A stretch of 63,815 bases of DNA, filler included, from Bigelowiella natans CCMP2755 (taxonomy: Eukaryota > Protista > Cercozoa): NCBI GenBank assembly GCA_000320545.1. It is 6 parts of 6 records of this genome, joined end to end, with 100 filler letters (N's around TTAATTAATTAA, not from the genome) between each part and the next. Parts side by side here need not be neighbours in the genome. Positions count along the whole stretch, not along the records: positions 55,456 to 59,047 come from ADNK01003391.1; positions 59,148 to 61,280 come from ADNK01001773.1; positions 61,381 to 63,815 come from ADNK01002312.1; 3 more parts are not named here. One strand, 5' to 3'. Below, one piece after another: positions 56,048-63,815 of the stretch. The translations under genes and the position numbers were made by a program. The notes under the pieces were generated by a model. That model made no database searches. It was not told the origin of the DNA and worked only from the letters and a program-made list of their open reading frames with translations. Each line of letters starts with the position of its first letter. The stretch's first letter is position 1.

Positions 56048-58940
56048 GTTGTTGATTTGTTTTTTATGTATGAGTTCGTGCGTGCGCTTAATTACCTGTT
56101 TTTTGGCGTGCGCAAGCAGGAAGAGAACCCAGCACCATGCAGCTCAGGCCACAACAATTCGGTGCCCGGCCAAGTGTCGCTAAACGCTACCCTCGACGCT
56201 GCTGCATCTCTCCCAAAGAAAAGGAAGGAAGATGATTCCGCGATGATGGCGAAGCCAGCGGCGAATCCGTTGAAGATGCTCTCGCTTCTTCAGCGGGCGT
56301 GTGTGCACCCGGCGATGGTAGGAGCGAGCGCGCCTCTTTGGCAGACACCTAAAAAATTACAATGATAGAAGGGACATAGAATACCAGATGTAAGGTTGAT
56401 GTGGTGGGGGTGGCGGGGTGGGGGGATGGGGAGTCGTGAAGATTTTCTTTTGCGATGTGAAAGAAAGATGAGAAACCCAAAGCGTTCTCTAGTTATTAGG
56501 TACTGGAGTCTATTTCCCATTTCATGGTCATTTTTTTGGTGTATTTTGTCGCTCCCAGATGGCTAAAGCGGGTTCTTCGGCCGCAGCCTCGCTGCTATCG
56601 TCAGAGCAAGACCTGATGAAAGTCGAGCACTCCGGGAAGTTCGTCGCACTTTTGCAGGTGGACTGTTGCTACTACAAAAGGGCACTATTGTTTTGTCAGG
56701 CGTTGGGGGGCAGGAGAGGAGCCGACGTTACATTTGAAACGCTGATACGCCTTTGCTTTGTGTTAAATTGACCGTGTGCACTTGTGTTTCTGTGTGTGTG
56801 TGTGTGTGTGTTGGGGGTTGGGGGGGGGGGGGGGTATTATGTCTTTAATAGCTTTTCAAGGAAGGAGGACTAGTCGCCAGTGACTCCAGCGAAGGCGGTG
56901 ATGGCGAGAACGCAAAGCAAGGAGCAGAGGAAGGGGCAGTGGCAATTAGGTGCCTTGATAAAGGCAAGCCAACGTCATCATTCCAGAGAGCAGGAACTCG
57001 GGGAGACGAAAGGACGAGATTGACGGAAGAGCGCGCGGAGGGGCCTATGCGAAGGCGCTTCCTGATTTTTGCGCAGCATCAGAAGTCGCTGGATCTAGTC
57101 GAGAGCCTTGTCCTGAAGCAGCGGTGCATGCAGGGCGTTCGCTACATGCGACTCGACGGTATATTTTTTTTTAAAGTATTTCGTTCAAAAAAGCAATATG
57201 ACTGGCTTCAGAGAAGCAGTAATAGTAGTACTATTTACTACTAATAGTAGTAGGATTGGACAAAGTCGAAGTTATGGTAGCTGTGCGAGTGAGGGAGTGC
57301 CGCGTTGTTGTATATGTTTTCTCTATCGTTGGCCAAAACGAAGCAGCCTCTTTGGAGATGCTGGGCACGGCGTGTATTTTGGTGGCTTGAATGCTGCTTT
57401 TTTGGGGGGTACGGGGATATGTATGAGGTCGCGCATTAACGTAGAAATTGTATATATAAAAACATTTTTTTATTTATTTATATTTTTATTTATTCATTCA
57501 CGTGCATGTATGTGCAATCCTCCTCCCCACCCCACCCCTCCGTCTCGATTGCAGGTACCACGCCAGAGGCCCAACGGCCGCTTCTCGCAAATGTGAGAGA
57601 CACATAGCTATTGCCATACGTTCACTTATATGCACCTGACTTTCATAGCCTAATGACTGCTGAAACGCCTTCGCTCGCTCTTTCTCTCCCTTTCCCCCTT
57701 CTCACCAACTGTATCCGTACACGATCTCAAGGCGTTTGACTTGATTTTGGTGTCTTTATCATATCACAGTCTCCTGATTTGCGCTTGTCTCCTTACCCCC
57801 TCCCCTCGTTCTGGCTTGTATTTGCTTGTTCTGCCCATTCTTCAATACCCGATAATGATCAAACAGCAATTTAACAACGATAGCAGCATCGACCTGATGT
57901 TGCTCACAACGCACGTCGGGGGATTAGGTCCGCATGCTCTGCATGCTGCTGCTTTCCATGTGTAGAAGGCCACGAAAGCTGCCATCATTGCACCGCCATA
58001 GTTACGATGACCGAGATAAGTCTCTTGATATTCAGGGCTGACGCTCACTGGCGCGGATACCGTTGTGTTCTTGGAGCACGACTGGTAGGCTGTAGGAGGG
58101 GGTCATGAAAGGAGTGCGAAAAGTGTTTGGCGGGGGGGGTTGAGGGAGGGGAGAATTCATCGTAAGGAATATGCATTGCCCGGATCTGTATGCTGTTGTA
58201 TGGCAGGATTTGCTGTAAAGACATGTTTGAGCTCGCGTTTAGTAAAACTGATGCTTTGTTCTTTCTCTCTTCGTCTTTTTTTTGTGTGCGTCTTCTGCGC
58301 GCGCGCGTGTGTGTGTGTGTGTGTGCGTGCGTGCGTGTTTGCGTGTGTGCGTGCGTGGTTCAATTTGCTGCGTGCGAACCATAGGAACCCGCAAAATGAT
58401 ATCCAGGCTATGGACCGGGCGCATAGGATCGGCCAAACAAAGACGGTAATGCCTGGTAGTTGCAGCAGTGGTAGTAGTTGTTGTTCTTGTGGTCGTCGTA
58501 TTATGTAGAAAAGCAGCCTCAGCGTTGGAGAGAACTCGGTATCTGGCTGCTGATAGGAGTTCTTCTCTCTACTCTCGACGATGTACTATAGGTCACAGTG
58601 TACCGGCTCATCATGAAAGATAGCGTCGAGGTGTGAGCATACCTATTGCAGTCTAGTTGTAGTGGTCGTTGTGGTAGTCGTTGATGTTGGAGGAGGAGGA
58701 TGAGGTGGGGGGATGGAGGGAGATGAGAGCGCAAGTGAGAAGCAGAGAGAGGGCGAAAGCAACAACAGTTATGTGAAAAGTAAACACAACATAGTACTTC
58801 AACTAGAATTGCGCGACCACCACACGAATAAACAAAGAATACTCGCTTTCGTTTGGTAGCAAACTGATACCCTATGATCGATTCTCTGTAAACCCCCCCC
58901 CCCCCCCAGGAGAGGATAATGGGGGCGCAAAGGTTTCAGC
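55515..58940 (+). CDS. BTAF1: TBP-associated SNF2-family ATPase BTAF1/Mot1, C-terminal helicase part (partial)
   Basis: ALAMEKLHKAVLMFILRRTKDE|VLTELPPKIIQ|DILCEMAPLQ; LQRACVHP; HSGKFVALLQ; FLIFAQ; YMRLDG; FNNDSSIDLMLLTTHVGGL|GLTLTGADTVVFLEHDW|NPQNDIQAMDRAHRIGQTKT|VTVYRLI; ERIMGAQRF. Confidence 0.92.
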
Positions 58941-59047
58941 TTCCGTTGGGAAACCCGGGGTGCAAAACCAGCTTTCCCGTAACGCGGGGGTTTGAATGAA
59001 AATAGGAAAAATAGCTGTGTTAATCCCCACCCTTTTTTCCAGTTTCC

Positions 59048-59147
59048 NNNNNNNNNNNNNNNNNNNNNNNNNNNNNNNNNNNNNNNNNNNNTTAATTAAT
59101 TAANNNNNNNNNNNNNNNNNNNNNNNNNNNNNNNNNNNNNNNNNNNN
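59048..59147. other. Assembly gap spacer
   Basis: N44-TTAATTAATTAA-N44. Confidence 0.98.
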
Positions 59148-59500
59148 CCGTCGCTCTAGAATCAAGCAACAATGATATTAGTCACTGATATATATTCCGC
59201 TTTTTGAAATAGCGGTAGGCTTATTCGTAAAAGTTCTTCTTATACAGGAGGACCCAGTCTTGTAATATGTTAAAAATGGTTTGGTATTCTCAGTAAAATG
59301 ATACGGGAAATTAAGTTTAGTCTAATGCCCCATCAAGGTTTTAAACTGGACATTGACTATTCGTAGAGGGCTGCTGTAACACAAATTGGAGTATTTTGTA
59401 TAAAACTTTGATCAGGCAAGATCGCCACTCCCCAAACACATATACATTCACACCCACACTCACCCACACACTCACCCACACAACGCGTTCAAATAGCCTA

Positions 59501-59585
59501 CCTTCTGAAAGTGCTTGCACTTGGAAGTATCGACGGAATAAGGATTTACGAGACGAAGAGTATCAGTAGTCACATCGCCCTAAAA

Positions 59586-59634
<49 letters not shown>

Positions 59635-60097
59635 CAGTCACGTTCCCAGAGGCACATACGATGACTAAATAAATCAACGAATAAAATAGAACAATGATCG
59701 CCTCTCTCCTCCGTGTGCGTGGTGGTACCTTGAGTGTTCGGTCAAACGGTGTTTCCATATTGAGACTGGGGTTTCGATTCACCTAGGAGGTAGAAATCGG
59801 CACACCCAATGAAGCTCATAATACAGCTACGTGCCATTAGCATACGTCAATGTTCATACACATATTGAAGGAGAAAGCACGGCTGCTCAGCTTCCTTGGT
59901 GTTAGTCTTTGCCCGACGTTATGATCTCTCTCTCTCCCTCTCTCTCTTTCTCCCTTTCTTTCCCTCTCCAACCTCCCCGCCCCCCTCTCTTTCCATCATG
60001 TTCTTGCCATCGTTGCTGTTACCTCCAAAACATAGGCCCTCAGGCTCTCGTCGAGCATGATGTCAAAGCCAACCTATTCAAAACAACACAAAGAACT

Positions 60098-60139
<42 letters not shown>

Positions 60140-61280
60140 GACGCGCTCATCCTAGCTGCCCATTCTAGCGGAGAACTGGTGTGGTGTAACCACGATGAGC
60201 GTGTGCATGCGCATTTTGCACAGCAAACAAATGAATTCTGATGCGAGAGTGAAGATGCTGCTGCTGTTTGTTGTAGCGTGGATGACGACCAGCTCAAAGC
60301 AGAGCCCCCCCGTGTAGTCGAGTGGGAACAGCTTGCGGTACCTAGGTGTGCAGACAAACAGGGGGGGGGGGGGGGGGGGCGAAGGAAGATGACGACATAA
60401 TGTATTCACTAGAGCCATATATGTAAAAGTAAATACATGTGTTTATCGAATCACACGAGCAATTCAGAAGGACTTATCATATATGTTCTTTTCCTCACTT
60501 GAAAAGCTGGGTGAGAGGCCATTTCGATCCCAATTCGTTCCCCCCCCCCTTTTCCTGACTGCCGCTGGCTTTGCCTTTGTTGGCGGCCGGAGAGGATGAC
60601 GAAGTTGAGGACGAGCTGAGAGCATCAATCAGAGGTTGGTTTGTCTTCGTAAAGGTAAATCAGGATGTTGCGCTTGTGTATTCTACAATATGTGTGCGTG
60701 TGTATGTGTGTGCGCAAACAACTAAAATTGACGAAATTTCACGGATCTTTATCATCCATTGTTACAAAGCATGCATCGCCTCTTCTCTCCCCCCCCTTTC
60801 CCCCTTCGGTCGGTCTATCTTGTGCAAGAAGAAGGACCTGCTTGTGAAACGTGCTTTGGTGTTCTTTTTGTTGATCGAGTAGTTGGTAAGGTGCATGAAT
60901 AGCGTATTCAGATTCTCTGATGATGATGATGGTGGTGATGATGATGGTGATGATGATGATGACGATGATGACGAAAACTATGTGACGATGAGGTATACAT
61001 TTACGATGAATACTACTGCCGATTCGAGTGCAAAATCACACAGAAGCAATTTGGGGTTTTAGGGGGGGGGGTTGGGGAGGAAAGGTATATGCAATCTTCC
61101 GAGCACGAAGAAGTCGTTCGGTTGGTATTGTCCTCCTTTCTCCCCTCCTCCCTCCTCCCTCCCCACCCCCCCCCCTCTCTAATTCTTCATGCTCTCAAAT
61201 CACAACCAGGTGTCGCCGGTTTGTACTTTTCCGTAGCAAATCGTGCAATGCCTTCTCTACCAAATGCAAAAAATGAATTC
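59501..61280 (-). CDS. Tubulin-tyrosine ligase-like (TTLL) polyglutamylase, internal fragment
   Basis: REGIARFATEKY (~61215-61260), NLNTLFMHLTNYSINKKN (~60860-60918), GSKWPLTQLF, LCFEL|VGFDIMLDESLRAYVLE|VNRNPSLNMETPFDRTLK. Confidence 0.9.
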
Positions 61281-61380
61281 NNNNNNNNNNNNNNNNNNNN
61301 NNNNNNNNNNNNNNNNNNNNNNNNTTAATTAATTAANNNNNNNNNNNNNNNNNNNNNNNNNNNNNNNNNNNNNNNNNNNN
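61281..61380. other. Assembly gap spacer
   Basis: N44-TTAATTAATTAA-N44. Confidence 0.98.
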
Positions 61381-62023
61381 TTCATAACCGTAGCAGTGAT
61401 GCCAAAAATCATAAACGCAATGAATAGGTACAGTCGCCATCCCGTCAAGCCGCCGGTTAATAGCTTCCATCTGATTGATAGCAACAACGTGTGACGACAG
61501 TACGATTGATTACCCTGATCTGGCACATGGGGTTCAAACCTATCGGTAGAAGATTCGTTCCCTCCTGCCTTTGAATCCCCCACTTCTTTGTCTTGATTGC
61601 TGCGTTGCTTACGCCACTTCGCCAATAGTTTAAAAGACATAAAACAAACCATAAAGCACAGGAGCGGCACCCAAAACAACGTTGTCTGCGCTTCGACCCT
61701 TTCGGTGCTCTTGCAGCACTGGATGCTGTCCTTACAATAAGGCGTTGGGAACACACACACGCCATCGACCAGAGTTCCATTGGATACTGAACATAGGTTT
61801 CAAAGATGTCATCCATCCAGAGTATGCAAGAGCAACAACAAAAGTCAATTAGCCGGCCAGTCGCAGACACTCACAGACGCTCTCCAATGCAACATCTTGA
61901 AAACAAGCTTGACTCTACAAGCCTGCGATTCCCTCTTAACCCCCTACCTTGCGATCCGTCCTTCAGATAGTACTTATACGGGTAGTTCCTCCAGTCGGAC
62001 TCGTCGAACGTGCAGGCGGACAT
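61381..62023 (-). CDS. Membrane protein with short Cys-rich N-terminal segment, 3'-partial, unknown family
   Basis: Spliced MSACTFDESDWRNYPYKYYLKDGSQ|DVALESV|LSNGTLVDGVCVFPTPYCKDSIQCC...TLFWVPLLCFMVCFMSFKLLAKWRKQR...WRLYLFIAFMIFGITATVM; two hydrophobic helices before the gap. Confidence 0.6.
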
Positions 62024-62195
62024 GGAAAGAACTCACAACGTCCCTATTAAGCAGAAAGAATCTAGATCCAAGCTTGACGTTTTCTCGTAGAAACGCATGG
62101 AGAGTGGGGACTTTCAAGCCAGGCTTACGTGAGATACAAAAAAACGCCATGGGATTCTTGCCCTGCGACAACAGGGGTTTTCCAACGTTCTCCTA

Positions 62196-62836
62196 AGTTT
62201 TCAATGTTTTTGAGTTGATCGTCGTTGGGGAAAACTTCCATGACGCAAGCGATTTCTCACACTGCGACACCACATGCATCATGTCTCAGATGTGAACCAC
62301 GAGGATGATGTTCTTTCTCCTTCTTTTTGCACTCAAGGTGCACAATGCGGTCGTTCGTTGCACATGAGCGCCGTGTCCATCAGCAATGTCGTCGTGTGAG
62401 CTCTAGAAAAATGGAACGGGCTGTCACAAACAATGACGCGTACGCGAAACGATCCTATTGTGCAGCAAACGATCCCTTCATCATCACACGTGACATGCGT
62501 GAGTCTAGCGCATGGAGCTCGTTTGCCTTTTGCATGCTTCAATTGCTCTTTGCATGAATGCCGAGCATCGCTTCCGTCCGTTTGTTAGCAGGTGAGAAAT
62601 GAGAAAAAGGACTAGTGCGCGCGTGTTGCATTTGAGCATTTGACATTTAGCTCACATGCGTTGCCGCGACATGCATGTAGCACATTGCTAGATTGCATCA
62701 ATTGTAGATTGCATGTCCATCATCGAGCATGGACTGTTGCATGGGCGCTACACGCCTACCTGCTGACATGGTCATTTGTAGCGCGTACCACTACGCGGGC
62801 ACAAGTCACGTGCGACAACAAAGGGGTTGTCGCGGA
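62196..62836. other. TpA-depleted, CATG/TGCA-rich intergenic tract (probable mutated repeat)
   Basis: No TpA from 62196 to 62403; 15 TpA in ~640 bp by hand count, 13 of them in CTA or TAG context; normal TA-rich sequence resumes abruptly at ~62837. Confidence 0.7.
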
Positions 62837-63141
62837 TATAGAATATAGATAACGTAGATATTAATACAGCATAGGCACGTGGGTTCCGGCGGGACTCATG
62901 GCAGCACACCGGAAGTGTGCTGCCCCACGTGCGGCGGCATTCGCGAAAGCTTCGCGAATGATTACGCAGTGCACGATTTAATAAAAATATAATCTTTAAT
63001 AAAAATAAACACAACTCTTCAAAAGGAAGCAAACGTGCCTTTCCCCCCCCCTGCCTACTTGTGCACGTAGCGCCTCGGCCTGTGAACACCTTACGCGCAA
63101 CAACCTTTGGCTTCCACACACGGGAAACGATTTGACTAACA

Positions 63142-63495
63142 ATGTCACAGCAGCTAGAAGAACAGCAGGACTTTGGCTCGCAGGCCGTGCAAGGGCACGA
63201 GCAGAAACAGGAAAGGAAGGGCGATACGGACGCTAAGGAAAGGAGGAGGAACACCTCCACAGGCACCGCCGGGACCAGCACCCGGGATTTAGAAAGCAGA
63301 TGCAGCAGCAGAGCACTGGAGAGCTTGTACGAGGTGGTCTCCTCGTCCTCGTCCTCCCCAATTAAGAAGATTGTAACGGCACAGGTATCCTCTCGTCTTC
63401 CGGACAGCTCGATGAGGGACGAAAAGTGCACCTCGAAACAGTGGTGTCCGCCAGGACGCGCAATGCCTTCCCCCCGCCCTCCTCAAGCAACCTAA
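63142..63495 (+). CDS. Possible first exon or ORF of an unidentified hydrophilic protein
   Basis: 117-aa ATG-initiated ORF (MSQQLEEQQDFGSQ...) in GC-richer, microsatellite-free sequence; no recognisable domain. Confidence 0.3.
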   Translation: MSQQLEEQQDFGSQAVQGHEQKQERKGDTDAKERRRNTSTGTAGTSTRDLESRCSSRALESLYEVVSSSSSSPIKKIVTAQVSSRLPDSSMRDEKCTSKQWCPPGRAMPSPRPPQAT

Positions 63496-63815
63496 GGATC
63501 TTTCATTGTCCCCTGGCCTCCACCGCGGGGTAGATAAGGAGGATTGCAAGTACAAGGAAAAGAAAACCAACAGAGACTGCATGTTCAGGTCGGCATCATC
63601 GTCAAAACAGCCGCCATCCTCTCTTAGTCTAGGGGCGGGAGCTGCTCCCTCTCCCCCCTCTAACTGAGCAGCCGTGGCGACCATGACCTTGTCGTTTCCG
63701 AGCCATTTCATCAGTGAAAAGTATTGAAATTAAAACACAAACGGGAGGATCATTATCCCCCTTCATACGCAAGGAGAGAAAGCTTTTTTCCATATCAGCA
63801 ACACGAAACAACATC

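Noticed and set aside
58935-59047. Apparent degeneration or pseudogenisation of the BTAF1 C-terminus
   Set aside because: Homopolymer-rich sequence right at a contig end is typical of low-quality read ends.
60345-60500. TTLL seems to lack the conserved helix between GSKW and CFEL
   Set aside because: It could be an exon I failed to recognise or a local misassembly; not supportable as biology without transcripts.

Overview
Intron-rich eukaryotic nuclear DNA whose introns are packed with microsatellites. It is probably a chlorarachniophyte alga such as Bigelowiella; this is inferred from a green-lineage STN8 kinase with a signal-plus-transit leader, not confirmed. Five artificial 100-nt gap spacers (N44-TTAATTAATTAA-N44) split the window, so adjacency across them is uncertain. 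Genes spliced by eye: an NCS/CBL-like EF-hand protein (5'-partial), an ABC1/AarF kinase, an N-acylated 5'-nucleotidase with C-terminal EF-hands, a SAM-domain protein, a sulfotransferase, an STN8-like thylakoid kinase, a small single-pass membrane protein, an OSCA/TMEM63 channel, a very large helical-repeat protein, the C-terminal part of BTAF1/Mot1, part of a TTLL glutamylase and a Cys-rich membrane protein. The most striking signal is a ~2.2-kb cluster of non-LTR retrotransposon relics (13.3-15.5 kb) from which TpA has been almost erased (7 TpA in ~2200 bp by hand count). Paralogous copies carry TG, CA or TA at the same site, and surviving TpAs sit mostly in CTA/TAG context. A second such tract lies at 62.2-62.8 kb. 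This points to a RIP-like, TpA-targeted A-to-G hypermutation process acting on repeats. Gene boundaries were read manually and are approximate.
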